From the IMG/VR virus record IMGVR_UViG_3300025121_000013: 64,000 nucleotides of DNA; one strand, written 5' to 3'. The position numbers and the translations under genes were made by a program. The notes under the pieces were generated by a model. It had not been told where the DNA came from. It did no database searches and saw only the letters and a list, made by a program, of their open reading frames with translations. Origin of the DNA: a virus. Lineage: Duplodnaviria; Caudoviricetes. Below, piece by piece: positions 46,943 through 57,566 of the stretch (the stretch's first letter is position 1; each line of letters opens with the position of its first letter).

Positions 46943-47294
46943 CCGTTGTTAGCCCTTTCGTTCTAACCTTTTCAAAAAAATCTATTATTTCTTTTTGAAG
47001 TTCTTCATTGTCTATTTGAGATAAACAAAATAAACTCTTTTCTAAAAACGTAAATTTATTTATATTTTTTTCACTTCCTATATTATTATTTAATACAACA
47101 GCGCTATTACTATCTGAACAATTAATATCTATCATATTGAATTTTTCTATAATATTTTCATCCAGTTCTTCATTATTATTTCTTACAAAATTAACATTAT
47201 TAATTCGTAAAATACAACCACCTATTGAATTGATCCAAACTTTTTTTCCATATATATCTAAAACTATTTGACCGATTAAAGGCTTCATTATCAT
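46932..47294 (-). CDS. hypothetical protein
   Basis: 120-aa coupled ORF. Confidence 0.55.
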   Translation of the reverse strand: MIMKPLIGQIVLDIYGKKVWINSIGGCILRINNVNFVRNNNEELDENIIEKFNMIDINCSDSNSAVVLNNNIGSEKNINKFTFLEKSLFCLSQIDNEELQKEIIDFFEKVRTKGLTTDGK

Positions 47295-47308
47295 TTTTTA
47301 AGCCCTTT

Positions 47309-47614
47309 CTATCTTATGCTTATTTTAAATTTTTTATTCCCGTTTTCAACATATTCAGTCCTGTCAAAAGGTATAGATCTCCATTCTTTTTTCTCGAGAT
47401 CAAAAACATGTAAAAGATTTGACTTGCTTATCAAACTTAAAATTTTTGTAATATCAATTCCTTTTGGTCTCTTTTCTTTTGGTATCTTATCAAAATCTAA
47501 AGTGCATTTCATTATTCTTGCAGTTCCGTCTTTTTTAATAAAAGAAACTTTTGATTCATCAACTCTCAAAATACGAATAAAATCAATAGCCTTGTCAATG
47601 ATTTCCATTTTCAT
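47309..47614 (-). CDS. SH3-fold WYL_2/DUF2693-like phage protein
   Basis: VSFIKKDGTARIMKCTL...VFDLEKKEWRS. Confidence 0.75.
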   Translation of the reverse strand: MKMEIIDKAIDFIRILRVDESKVSFIKKDGTARIMKCTLDFDKIPKEKRPKGIDITKILSLISKSNLLHVFDLEKKEWRSIPFDRTEYVENGNKKFKISIR

Positions 47615-48632
47615 TCTCCCTATTTTTTGTATGGATGACTAAATCCCTATATTCATCTTTTTGAGAAAGTTTGCTAAATATCGGGCATGTCCAATTACAA
47701 CCTTGACAAAATCTCTTTTTATCCTCTTTTAATAATTCTAAAAAACCTTTATTAAAGGTTAAATCCGAATTAAAAATATTTTGAATTTTAAAAGGTAACC
47801 CAACGTATCCCATAATTCTTAAACACAATCTCAATGAACCGTCCGAATCAATTGTAATATTATGAAGATCTTCTTCTAATTTACAATCGTAGTTTGAGGG
47901 TAATATTTCAAATAATCTATCTAAAAATTCTTTTCCCATATGAATATTAAAGTCTTCTTGTTTTATTTCATCAAAAATTTTCTTTGTGTTTTCATCAGGC
48001 AATACTAATAAATTTTTATCTGTTACATTTGAAAAATCATAAAAATCATTCTTTGCAATATCTATAGATGTCACGCTGCTAGAAATTTTTCTGTTGGTTA
48101 AATCTTTTAATAAAGGCTTTAAATAATTTATCGTTTCTCTATCTATCGTAACCTCGGCTACAACGTCTTTTATTTTCTCCGTTAATTTTGTTAAACGTTC
48201 AAGACCTTTTTTACTTTTTTCATATCGATCTTTATCATAGTTTGTAGAAAATAAAACTGGATCAACGGATGAAGTAAAACCTTTAACTTCAACATTATCA
48301 ATCAATTTAATTATTCGTTCTTGAACTTGATCACTATTATTTGAGATAATTGTATAATGAATATTTTTCTTATTGCAAAAATCAATAATCTCAATTAAGT
48401 CTTTTCTTAAAAAAGGCTCTCCACCATAAAAAATATGAAAACAATTTGGATTATGTTCTTTTAAAATATCTAATGAATCAAGAACATATTGGGTGGACAT
48501 TTCATAATTTATAAAATATTTAAATGATGGATAATTTCTATTTTTATATTTTGGATCAGATATTCGACAATATGAACAATTTAAATTACATCGCCTCGTT
48601 AAAAGCCAATTTACAATTTGAATTCTATCCAT
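47595..48632 (-). CDS. radical SAM enzyme with twitch/SPASM-like tail
   Basis: LTRRCNLNCSYC, YGGEPF, ISN; C-terminal DC..., IDSDG.LRLC, CQGCNWTC. Confidence 0.87.
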   Translation of the reverse strand: MDRIQIVNWLLTRRCNLNCSYCRISDPKYKNRNYPSFKYFINYEMSTQYVLDSLDILKEHNPNCFHIFYGGEPFLRKDLIEIIDFCNKKNIHYTIISNNSDQVQERIIKLIDNVEVKGFTSSVDPVLFSTNYDKDRYEKSKKGLERLTKLTEKIKDVVAEVTIDRETINYLKPLLKDLTNRKISSSVTSIDIAKNDFYDFSNVTDKNLLVLPDENTKKIFDEIKQEDFNIHMGKEFLDRLFEILPSNYDCKLEEDLHNITIDSDGSLRLCLRIMGYVGLPFKIQNIFNSDLTFNKGFLELLKEDKKRFCQGCNWTCPIFSKLSQKDEYRDLVIHTKNRENENGNH

Positions 48633-48918
48633 TATTAATTTTTTCTTTAAGATCTAAATATTGTTTAACTTTTTTATCTTTTTCTAATTCTTTTAAGATA
48701 GAATAATACTCTACTTTTTTAAGACGTAACGCTTCTTCTTCTTTAGTTTCTTCCCTACATGTATGTAATGAAATATTTATATCTCCATAATCTTCCCTGA
48801 TAGCAATGGTAGAATCTTTTCCGTTCTGATCAATGAGAAAATTAATTTTTTCTTGTATTTTTTCCAGAGATTCGTCAAAGAAATCATAACCTAAATCCAA
48901 GGTACGATAAAGAATCAT
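48625..48918 (-). CDS. ETDEEF-motif small protein, paralogue 5 (divergent)
   Basis: SLEKIQE.I..LI...G...REETKEEEALR...YLDLKEK. Confidence 0.6.
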   Translation of the reverse strand: MILYRTLDLGYDFFDESLEKIQEKINFLIDQNGKDSTIAIREDYGDINISLHTCREETKEEEALRLKKVEYYSILKELEKDKKVKQYLDLKEKINNG

Positions 48919-48932
48919 TCTAAAGACCTTTC

Positions 48933-51134
48933 TTACAGTTTTATGAGCTCATCATATTCTATTTTTTCATTGTGCATATGGCTGATGATATATATCGACT
49001 TCTCTTTAGACTTTTCTTTTAAAAGGAACGAAACACTCTCAGTATTTTCCTCATCCAAACTATCAAATATTTCATCAAATAAAAGAATATTAAAATCGAT
49101 TCCATAAATATTTGATTGAAGATCGCTCAATGTTAAAATAGTTGCCAGATCAATCAATCTTTTTTGGCCACCTGAAAGCATAGATACGGAATTTGCTTTT
49201 GTGACATTATCAAAAACATTTACCGATATTTTATCTTTTAATTTTTCTTTATCTTTTGTCTCAGATAATGTATCAAAAGAAACCTTATATCTTCCATTAG
49301 AAATTTCATCTAAATATCTCTTAACATTTCGATTCATAAAAGGAATTGATTCATCTATTAATAAACTCTGAATACCTTGGCTAGAAAAGCCTGTTGACCA
49401 AAAATCTATAATATCTTTTTTCTTTATATTTTTTAACATTAATAAATCTATATTCTCAATAGAACCTTTTTCAATCAAAATTTTCTCTTTAATTTCAATG
49501 ATTTTAAAATTATAATCTTCATAAACCTTAGAATCTTTTAAATTTTCCAATTCTTTTTCAGTATTCTCAATTGTCGAATCTATTTTAACTAAATCTAATT
49601 TACAATAAGGTAGCATTTCTTTTTTTCTATTTAATACTTCTTGTTTTTCATTTAACTCAGATAAAAGAAATCTGTTAGTTTTTAAATCAGAAAGAAATTC
49701 TCTTGTTAAATTTTCTTTTTCTCTTAACATTAAATCTGATATTAAATTTAATTTATTATCTAATGCTTCCTTTATTCCTTTTATATCATTTTTATTTTGT
49801 ACATTAATTTTATCTTTTTCTTCAATAAACTTTTTTCTATTTACATCTTCGATTTTTCTTAATTTTGTTTTCTTTTCTTCTAGATCGAGTCTTTCAGCTT
49901 TTAACACTTCTAACTCTGTACATAAAAGATCTTTTTCTGTTTGATATTTTTGCACTTTTTTCTCAAGAACATCTTTTGCTTTTTTATCTAAAAGAGATTC
50001 ACATGTTGGGCACTGTGGGACATCTGTTTTAATAATTCTCTCAGTTATCTCTTTTATTTTATTTTCTAGATTTTTAATAAAAATATTTACCTCTTGAGAG
50101 TTTAAAAGATTTTTAGAAATAGCTATATCTATTTCTTTATTTTTTTCTGAAAGATGCTCTATAAATAAATCGTATTGTTTTTGACATTCTAATAATTTAT
50201 ATTCCTTTACTTCTTCAACGTCTTCCTTTAATTTATAATATTCTTTATTCGCATCATTGATCTTAATATTTTTTTCATTTTCTATCTTTAAAAATACAGT
50301 TCTTATTTTTTCTTCAATTTTTCGAATTTTATTTTCCGTCAAATTTATATTTCCTGATAAATCATTAAATGATTCTATTTCATGTTCCAATTTTTTTATA
50401 TCATCTTTAATAGTTTCTTTTTTAATATTTAATTCAGATATTTTATGATTTATATTTTCAATTTCTTTTTCTCTTCTTATAACTATATCTCGTATATTTC
50501 TATTAAAACTCATTATATCATTTTCATATTGATTAATCAATTCTAATTTGATTCTTTTTTGAATTTCAAGATCTTTAATTAAATCCTCTAATTCTTTTAA
50601 AAACTTATTTGCTTTCTTTTGATATTCAACATATTTTTCTAGCTTTAAAATGGTTCTAAAAATTTCTTTTTTGTTTGAGTCTGGAAGATTTGTGAAAAAT
50701 GTTTTTACTTGCTGAGCAAAATAAAATGTATTAAAGAACAGATTTTTTGGAACTAAAAGACGTTCAATTTCAGCTATAACATCTCTTTGTCCAACTTTAA
50801 TTTTTTCATTTTCTTTCAATAAAATTACTGTGTTCCCCATCTTATCATATTTTTGATATCTTTCGATTGTATAATTTATATTTTCTGGAGCCAAAATAAA
50901 TTTAGTCCATGTTTTGCAGTTTTTCCCTATTTCTCGATTTACACACTCGTCTCCAGAAGCTTCAGGGGTTGCTCCATACCAAGTAAATGGAATCGAATCA
51001 AAAAGGGTAGTTTTTCCAATCCCATTTTTCCCCATAATTAAAACTAATTTATTATCATAAATGGGCAATGATATTTGCCCTTTATATCCTTTAAAATTTT
51101 TCATCCCTATCTCAGTAAATTTTACTGTTTTCAT
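48933..51134 (-). CDS. sbcC: SbcC/Rad50/gp46-like SMC ATPase
   Basis: GKNGIGKTT, coiled coils, CPTC zinc hook, LSGGQ, LLFDE, IISH. Confidence 0.92.
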   Translation of the reverse strand: MKTVKFTEIGMKNFKGYKGQISLPIYDNKLVLIMGKNGIGKTTLFDSIPFTWYGATPEASGDECVNREIGKNCKTWTKFILAPENINYTIERYQKYDKMGNTVILLKENEKIKVGQRDVIAEIERLLVPKNLFFNTFYFAQQVKTFFTNLPDSNKKEIFRTILKLEKYVEYQKKANKFLKELEDLIKDLEIQKRIKLELINQYENDIMSFNRNIRDIVIRREKEIENINHKISELNIKKETIKDDIKKLEHEIESFNDLSGNINLTENKIRKIEEKIRTVFLKIENEKNIKINDANKEYYKLKEDVEEVKEYKLLECQKQYDLFIEHLSEKNKEIDIAISKNLLNSQEVNIFIKNLENKIKEITERIIKTDVPQCPTCESLLDKKAKDVLEKKVQKYQTEKDLLCTELEVLKAERLDLEEKKTKLRKIEDVNRKKFIEEKDKINVQNKNDIKGIKEALDNKLNLISDLMLREKENLTREFLSDLKTNRFLLSELNEKQEVLNRKKEMLPYCKLDLVKIDSTIENTEKELENLKDSKVYEDYNFKIIEIKEKILIEKGSIENIDLLMLKNIKKKDIIDFWSTGFSSQGIQSLLIDESIPFMNRNVKRYLDEISNGRYKVSFDTLSETKDKEKLKDKISVNVFDNVTKANSVSMLSGGQKRLIDLATILTLSDLQSNIYGIDFNILLFDEIFDSLDEENTESVSFLLKEKSKEKSIYIISHMHNEKIEYDELIKL

Positions 51135-52168
51135 TTTATGTCCTTTTCTATTATTTCTATTCCAACTTGAATAAATTCTTCTATATCCGAATTTTTAACT
51201 TCTTTAAATTTACAATATTTTTCCATTCTTTCTCTCTCACTCATATTCATTGACATTCCTCTATTCGTTAAATCGGACGTTTCATTTTTAATAAAAATAA
51301 TTCCTTTATTGTCAACCACATCAATATTTTCTTCACTTTCAATTTTTACATAATGTCCTTCATCTCTTAATTTTAAAGCATTTTTTAAAATCTCATTTTT
51401 ATTTTCTTCATTTAAACTAAAATAATAATGTTTTTTATAACCTTCAATAGGGATACTCTCGACAGATAAATTATCTGTATCAATAATTAAAAATCTTTTT
51501 TCCTCGCCTTTTTCACCCCAATCTTTTTGTATAATAGATCCAGAATAATATAATGATATTTCTGGAAGAATCATTTCTTGGGGTTTATGATAATGTCCCA
51601 ACAAAACTAATTTATATTTTCCAATAAGATCTTTTACACTTATTTCAGATTTTACGCTAATCCCTGAAGATAAAACCGCTTCAGAAAGTCCGAAGTGGGA
51701 TATTAAAATATCCGCTTTATTATTCTTTATGTCTTCAAACATCCCAAAAGTCCAGGGAACATGAAAAATCTTTTTATCTTCTATATTCATAAAAGAAGAA
51801 TTTTTTATTCTAACTACATTTGATTCGCTATCTAAACATTCTAGACCTGATTTTAAATATTTTCCTTTATCCGTAACATCATGATTTCCATCTATAATAA
51901 TAAATTTAAAGTCCTTGTGATTTCGAAAAAACTGTAATAAAAGATTTTGCGCAACTACATATATTAAAGATTTATCATTTAATAAATCTCCACCAATTTC
52001 CAACGTATTGATATTTCTTTTTTTACATTCAAGAATAATAAATTCCAAACATCTTTTAATGCTGGCGATTCTTAAAGGTAAATTTTCAACTGAGTCTATA
52101 GGATCATTTCCAAAACCAGAAAGATGTAAATCTGCAATAAAAGCAAATTTCATTCTATTTCCTTCCAA
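51131..52168 (-). CDS. sbcD: SbcD/Mre11/gp47-like nuclease
   Basis: ADLH, GGDL, GNHD, SHF, LGHYH metallophosphoesterase motifs. Confidence 0.9.
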   Translation of the reverse strand: MEGNRMKFAFIADLHLSGFGNDPIDSVENLPLRIASIKRCLEFIILECKKRNINTLEIGGDLLNDKSLIYVVAQNLLLQFFRNHKDFKFIIIDGNHDVTDKGKYLKSGLECLDSESNVVRIKNSSFMNIEDKKIFHVPWTFGMFEDIKNNKADILISHFGLSEAVLSSGISVKSEISVKDLIGKYKLVLLGHYHKPQEMILPEISLYYSGSIIQKDWGEKGEEKRFLIIDTDNLSVESIPIEGYKKHYYFSLNEENKNEILKNALKLRDEGHYVKIESEENIDVVDNKGIIFIKNETSDLTNRGMSMNMSERERMEKYCKFKEVKNSDIEEFIQVGIEIIEKDIK

Positions 52169-53585
52169 GAATTTTTATTGCATCATTTTTTGTTACTTTT
52201 TCTGTTTTTCCATCCTGAAAACATACTATAAAATTTATATCCCATTTTTTAGATTCATAATATTTAATCCTCTGAAATAGAGTTTGATAAATAAATCTGC
52301 ACCCAATATCAACAATATCATAAATCTCTGCATTCATTTTATCTTTAAAAGTTCTTGAAATTCTTCCTGAAATCTGATTGATATTTTTTATTGGAGACGT
52401 CATAATTAAACAATCTTTTTCAGGTTTATCAATGCCATCTCGGACTTTTCCAGGAGTCGCAAATGTAATTTTATTATCCATATTCTCTAATCCACCAGGC
52501 CCATAAAATTTTCCTTTATCTCCTTCAATTATCTCATACATAAAATCTAATAATTTTATTCTTTCAGCAACAAAAATTATTTTTCTTTTTTCTTTTAATT
52601 TATCAATTAAAGTCTTTGATAAACTCAAAAATTGAACTGATTTTTTCATTAAATTTAAATATCTTGATCTCTGAAATTGTCCTCCCCACATTAAATACCT
52701 AACTCTCTTTTCTGTATAAATATTATAATCTAAAAGTAAAATATTAACGGTAGGATTTATTGTATTTTCTAAATCCTCTCCTTGAAATGTTTCTCCCAAA
52801 TGATATTTAATAATATCAGTATTTCCATCATATCTATAAGGGGTCGCGCTCAAGCCATATGATCTATATGAAGGAATCCACAATGAACATTTTGAAAACT
52901 CATATGCCCCAACAGATATATGAATTTCATCGGCTATCAAAATTCCTAATTTCATTTCAATTAAACTTTTTATAAATTCTTCTTTATCTCTTCTAAGTAA
53001 AGATAAAATAGTCTGAACTGTGGTAACCATTATTTTTTTATTGATTCCTTCTTTATAATTATTAGAGGTTAACCTCATAATATCTTCTTTTTTACAATCG
53101 GTAAATTCTAAAATTCGATTCATCCACTGTTCAACAAGAGAATCTCTATGAGCAATTATCAAACTTCTTTTCTTTAACATAGAGATAACATAAATAGCAA
53201 TTACCGTTTTTCCAACTCCAGGATCTAATTGTAAAATGCAATTTTCATTTTTTAACATATAATCAATTGAAGTCTTTTGAACCTCACTTCTTGGAATGAT
53301 ATTATGATTAATTTCAATATCTTTCCCCTTTGGTAACATATTTTTTATTTCAATTTCATCACAAAAATCTTTTATTGGAAAATTTCTTGGAATTAAAAGA
53401 TAATCTTCTGCTTCATAAAAATATTCTTGTTTTATCTTTAGAGAGGGATCTTGCCAATCAACAGAGAGACGAGTTAGATCATTCTTTATATTTTGATAAA
53501 AATCTTCTTTTTGATATTTTGAGGGAATTAATATTCCCGATGTTTTAGGAAACTCTATAAGTCGCTTTTGAATTTTCATTTTCAT
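52155..53585 (-). CDS. superfamily 2 helicase (UvsW/XPB-like)
   Basis: DPGVGKT, ADEIH, LSATP.R.DG, DGID, QISGRISR. Confidence 0.9.
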   Translation of the reverse strand: MKMKIQKRLIEFPKTSGILIPSKYQKEDFYQNIKNDLTRLSVDWQDPSLKIKQEYFYEAEDYLLIPRNFPIKDFCDEIEIKNMLPKGKDIEINHNIIPRSEVQKTSIDYMLKNENCILQLDPGVGKTVIAIYVISMLKKRSLIIAHRDSLVEQWMNRILEFTDCKKEDIMRLTSNNYKEGINKKIMVTTVQTILSLLRRDKEEFIKSLIEMKLGILIADEIHISVGAYEFSKCSLWIPSYRSYGLSATPYRYDGNTDIIKYHLGETFQGEDLENTINPTVNILLLDYNIYTEKRVRYLMWGGQFQRSRYLNLMKKSVQFLSLSKTLIDKLKEKRKIIFVAERIKLLDFMYEIIEGDKGKFYGPGGLENMDNKITFATPGKVRDGIDKPEKDCLIMTSPIKNINQISGRISRTFKDKMNAEIYDIVDIGCRFIYQTLFQRIKYYESKKWDINFIVCFQDGKTEKVTKNDAIKILGRK

Positions 53586-53973
53586 ATACCGTTACATAGT
53601 CCATGTATATTTTATTGCTAAATTGATAATTCTTCAAAGCCCATTCTATCTCATTATACAGATTACATGATAAATTTTCAGCTGTGGGTTCTCCATCAAA
53701 TACAATAACCTTAAAATTTCGCCTTATATACAAATCTATAAGTTCCTCATCCAATGAATTTAACATAAAAGCGTGATCAAATTTATCCAAAACTTTATTA
53801 CAAATTTCTTTTAACACTGTAAAATCCATGACCATTCCTTCATTATTTACTTCTTCAGACTTAATCCCAACCAATATTGAGAAATTGTGGCCATGAGGGT
53901 TTTGGCACCGATTCTTATTCAAATAAAGTCTATGTCCAATTGGAATGGAAAACTTCTTTTCTATATAATACAT
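53545..53973 (-). CDS. queD: 6-carboxy-5,6,7,8-tetrahydropterin synthase
   Basis: GHRL....CQNPHGHNF, GMVMDF, DH, PTAENL, VYE. Confidence 0.9.
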   Translation of the reverse strand: MYYIEKKFSIPIGHRLYLNKNRCQNPHGHNFSILVGIKSEEVNNEGMVMDFTVLKEICNKVLDKFDHAFMLNSLDEELIDLYIRRNFKVIVFDGEPTAENLSCNLYNEIEWALKNYQFSNKIYMDYVTVYENENSKATYRVS

Positions 53974-53974
53974 A

Positions 53975-55303
53975 TTACCATCTCCTTGTTGTTTGTTGAT
54001 ATTCTTCTAAAGCGCTTTTTCTTATCTCTTTTAACTTTTGATTTTCAAATTTTAAAAGATCTAACATTTCTTCAGTACGTATATCCATATTTAGAATTTG
54101 TAACAATTTATATTTTCCTAATATTTCTTTTACTTCTTCAAATGAAACACCGGATTTTTCAGAAATTATTTTAATTTCTTTGTCAGAATCTTTAATGATT
54201 TTTAACAATGCTTGTGATAAATAAGGCCTAATTTTTTGTAATATTTCATATTCTTTAATTGAACCTTTTAATTTTTCTATTTGATCCTCGATAGAGATTT
54301 TTAGAAAATTTTCATATCTCGAAAAAGTCCTTTTTAAATAATCATCGACACCAATAACCTCAATTTCGTCATTTTCATTTACAATTGTAATTTGAAAATT
54401 TTGTGTTCCGTGTAATTCCCTTAAAATCTTTTGCTTAACCTTTTCATAAGTGACTTCTTTATTTCTTTGTCTTAAAATTGAAAATACTATTTTTGTTTCT
54501 GTTGTAGAATCATCTCTAAATCCAACATCTCCGTTTTTCAATTCTGTTTCTAAACACTTTAAAAATTTTTCAAATCTTTTAGGAAATGGCCAAGAATAAA
54601 TTTCTATTTCAAATGCTTCTTTATTTTCTTTATATTTCCCCATCACTTCTAATTTTGCTTCGCCAGTTGTTAATAATTTTTCAAGTTCTTCAGGTGGTGA
54701 TAAAATATCCAATTCCATTCTTGGTAAAATCAAAGGCTTTTCTTTCTTTTCTCCTAAAAGCCATAATAGCCTTTTATATAAATCTTTAACTTCATAACTT
54801 GGAATTACAGTTCTAAAACCAAAACCAATTCCAAAACTTGTAGTTTTTCCAATTAAACAAATAGGATATTTAACTGGTAAAATTACAGGTTCATTTTGAC
54901 CCAATGGATTTAAAAAATATGGAACAAAATTAATCAGATTAAAAGCCAATTCTTGTGTCTTTTCAGGCAAACGGCACTCAGTATATCTCGAAGCGGAAGC
55001 CTCTACCGGTTCGATTCCGGTATTGCATCCAAAGCTTCCCTGGCCTTCGAGGATATCCTGTTGAGCTAACTGTACTATTGTGCCATAAGAAGAACCGTGT
55101 GGGTGGAATCTACCCATCACATCTCCTTCTATTCTGGCAGACTTAACATATTTATTTTTTGCGATAAGATACGACGAGTAAAGTACTCTGCGCTCAACGG
55201 GCTTCAATCCATCGGGTCCAGGAAAAGCTCGATTGATATTTACATACATTCCATATTTTTTATAAAAATATTGAACTGTTTTAAACAAATCTTTTTTAAC
55301 CAT
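53975..55303 (-). CDS. type IIA topoisomerase subunit A (GyrA/ParC-like, no C-terminal pinwheel)
   Basis: NRAFP..DGLKPVERR, KSARI.G, HPHG, SRYTE catalytic Tyr; only 442 aa. Confidence 0.9.
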   Translation of the reverse strand: MVKKDLFKTVQYFYKKYGMYVNINRAFPGPDGLKPVERRVLYSSYLIAKNKYVKSARIEGDVMGRFHPHGSSYGTIVQLAQQDILEGQGSFGCNTGIEPVEASASRYTECRLPEKTQELAFNLINFVPYFLNPLGQNEPVILPVKYPICLIGKTTSFGIGFGFRTVIPSYEVKDLYKRLLWLLGEKKEKPLILPRMELDILSPPEELEKLLTTGEAKLEVMGKYKENKEAFEIEIYSWPFPKRFEKFLKCLETELKNGDVGFRDDSTTETKIVFSILRQRNKEVTYEKVKQKILRELHGTQNFQITIVNENDEIEVIGVDDYLKRTFSRYENFLKISIEDQIEKLKGSIKEYEILQKIRPYLSQALLKIIKDSDKEIKIISEKSGVSFEEVKEILGKYKLLQILNMDIRTEEMLDLLKFENQKLKEIRKSALEEYQQTTRRW

Positions 55304-55306
55304 TTA

Positions 55307-57112
55307 TTAAAACATCTCCTCTATTTTTATATCTTGGTTATAAATCAAGCTTCTTTTTTCCTCTGCGTCAGAAAATAATTTAAACATATCTTCAATATTT
55401 TCCGAATATTCAATTTGAATTAATCTGCGATTTTTTTCATCTAATAAACATTTCTTTAATTGTTGAGGAGTTAATTCTCCTAATCCTTTAAATCTCGAAA
55501 TTGGCTCATTATTTTTTCGAGCTTTTTCTAATTCATCTTTTGTCCATAACGGAGTAAAAACAGTCTTTTTATTTATAGCGAAAAGAGGAGTCATCGCTAA
55601 ATAATAAAATCCTTTTTTGATAATCTCAGGAATTGTTGCAACCAAATTCAAAGTCAACAAACAGAATATATGAAATCCATCGTCATCAGCATCGGCGGCA
55701 CAAATAATTTTATTATATCTAATATTATCAATATTAAAATCTGGCCCATACCCAGTCCCAATACTTTGAATCAATTCAAACATTTCTTTATTTTGTAATA
55801 TATCTTTATTAATCGTAGAAGGGGGTTTTCCTTTTAAAGGCAATATTGCATGTAATGAAGGGTCTCTGGCTTGAATTAAACTTCCGCCGGCGCTTTGTCC
55901 TTCGACAATAAATAATTCACCATTTGGTTTATTACAATCTCTTAATTTTGTATATTTAACAGAGACTCTTCTATTAGAATCTACGGTAATGATTTTTTTA
56001 GAATCTAATCTTCTTTGATAATTTTCCATGTGCGTTAATAAAGGAATTAACAAATCTTCTTCATGATCTTTAAAAAAATCTTCTAACCCAGTTTTCAATT
56101 GAGGAATAAATTTTACTAAATCTGTTTTTTTATTTGTCAAACTATCTTTTGTTTGTCCTGAAAAATCAGGCTTGACTAATGACAAAGAAAAATAACCTCT
56201 TAACCCACAAATTGCACAATTTGGCTGAAACTTAAAATTATATTTTTTAGCCTTAGAAATAAAAAATTCTCTTAATAAATCGATAAAAAGATTAACATGA
56301 GTTCCGCCCTTTTGAACAGGTAATAAATTTACACTAGACCGTATTTTTGGAGAAGAAGATCCATCGAATGAATAACAAAAAGACGCTCTAAATAATTCTG
56401 GAGATTTATCAGAAAATATCTCAATAATTGGAGTACAATCTTTATCTCCGTTGGCTAGACAATATTCTTTAAAAAAGTTTTGTTTGGAAATATTTATAAC
56501 TTCTTTTTTATTATCTATGATCAATACAAATTTAACTTTCGGCATCTCTACTGAGGCAACAAATAACCTTTCCCTAATTCTTTCGATAGAAGGTAAAAGT
56601 TCTTCAAAAATGTTTTTCATTGGTTTAAAAAGAATTCTTGTTGAAAAGGGTGGCTCGCCTGTAAATTCTTCTTTTTTCTCTTGAATTAATTTTGCATTAT
56701 TAAATTCGTAAATTGCGTGTCTTTTGTTTCTATAAACTTCAACAATATATTTTTCACTTAGGGCATTTACAGCAACCAATCCAACACCATGAAGGCCGCT
56801 AGAAATTTCATATGCGGTTTTTCGACCTTTAAATTTTGCTCCAGAAAACATTTCATAGGAAACAACTTTTGGCATATCTTTTTCTATAGGAATTCCTCTG
56901 CCATTATCAATTACAGAAAATTCATTATTTTTTGTATCCATATTAATTGCAACAATGTCAGCGTGTTTTCCTAAACACTCATCTAAGGAATTATCAAAAC
57001 ATTCTTCCAAAAGATGTGTGGGAGTTTCTGTACTCCCTATATACATTGTTGGATTTATTTGAATGTGACTTATATGATCTATAACTTCAATAGAATTATG
57101 GTCATAAGACAT
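55307..57112 (-). CDS. type IIA topoisomerase subunit B (GyrB/ParE-like)
   Basis: P.MYIGS, E..DNS.DE, DNGRGIP, GLHGVG, VEGQSAGG, PLKGK, DADDDGFHI, RFKGLGE. Confidence 0.93.
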   Translation of the reverse strand: MSYDHNSIEVIDHISHIQINPTMYIGSTETPTHLLEECFDNSLDECLGKHADIVAINMDTKNNEFSVIDNGRGIPIEKDMPKVVSYEMFSGAKFKGRKTAYEISSGLHGVGLVAVNALSEKYIVEVYRNKRHAIYEFNNAKLIQEKKEEFTGEPPFSTRILFKPMKNIFEELLPSIERIRERLFVASVEMPKVKFVLIIDNKKEVINISKQNFFKEYCLANGDKDCTPIIEIFSDKSPELFRASFCYSFDGSSSPKIRSSVNLLPVQKGGTHVNLFIDLLREFFISKAKKYNFKFQPNCAICGLRGYFSLSLVKPDFSGQTKDSLTNKKTDLVKFIPQLKTGLEDFFKDHEEDLLIPLLTHMENYQRRLDSKKIITVDSNRRVSVKYTKLRDCNKPNGELFIVEGQSAGGSLIQARDPSLHAILPLKGKPPSTINKDILQNKEMFELIQSIGTGYGPDFNIDNIRYNKIICAADADDDGFHIFCLLTLNLVATIPEIIKKGFYYLAMTPLFAINKKTVFTPLWTKDELEKARKNNEPISRFKGLGELTPQQLKKCLLDEKNRRLIQIEYSENIEDMFKLFSDAEEKRSLIYNQDIKIEEMF

Positions 57113-57130
57113 ATTTTTCCTCCAGAGATT

Positions 57131-57502
57131 TTATACCCCATCTGTTATTTTAAGACTGGTCCACTGTGGTGCATGAATACATTGCGCCCATGAGGATGTT
57201 CCTTCAAAAATATAAATTCCATGATCCGTATGAAGTTCGACTTTAACACTTTCAGAGACCCAAGATTTTTTTGGAAAGGTTTTATTAATTATTCTTCTGA
57301 TTCCCATTATAAAAAGATCAGAAGAAAATTGGAAAAATTCGTCATAAGATCCTTTTTGAAAAAATGTATCAAACCTTCTTGCACTACGTTGTATGTCATC
57401 AACGATAGATTCTCTAATATAAATAGTTTTTCCTTTAAATCTAATTTGAACATCATTTCTATCTATACGTTTTTGATGAAGTTTTCGATTAAACTTTTTC
57501 AT
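57131..57502 (-). CDS. hypothetical protein
   Basis: start moved from 57553 (inside a hairpin) to ATG 57502 preceded by GAGAGGA. Confidence 0.55.
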   Translation of the reverse strand: MKKFNRKLHQKRIDRNDVQIRFKGKTIYIRESIVDDIQRSARRFDTFFQKGSYDEFFQFSSDLFIMGIRRIINKTFPKKSWVSESVKVELHTDHGIYIFEGTSSWAQCIHAPQWTSLKITDGV

Positions 57503-57521
57503 ATTCCTCTCTATTATATTG

Positions 57522-57555
57522 ATGTGGTGGGAAGAGTTTCCCCTTCCCACCACAT
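57522..57555 (-). other. hairpin with GAAA tetraloop
   Basis: minus strand ATGTGGTGGGAAGGG-GAAA-CTCTTCCCACCACAT, 15-bp stem with one G-U, no U-tract. Confidence 0.75.
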
Positions 57556-57566
57556 ATATTTCTAAC

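Noticed and set aside
47595-48632. QueE call for this or the other radical SAM genes
   Set aside because: No recognisable QueE signature motifs; C-terminal Cys clusters fit SPASM/twitch enzymes better
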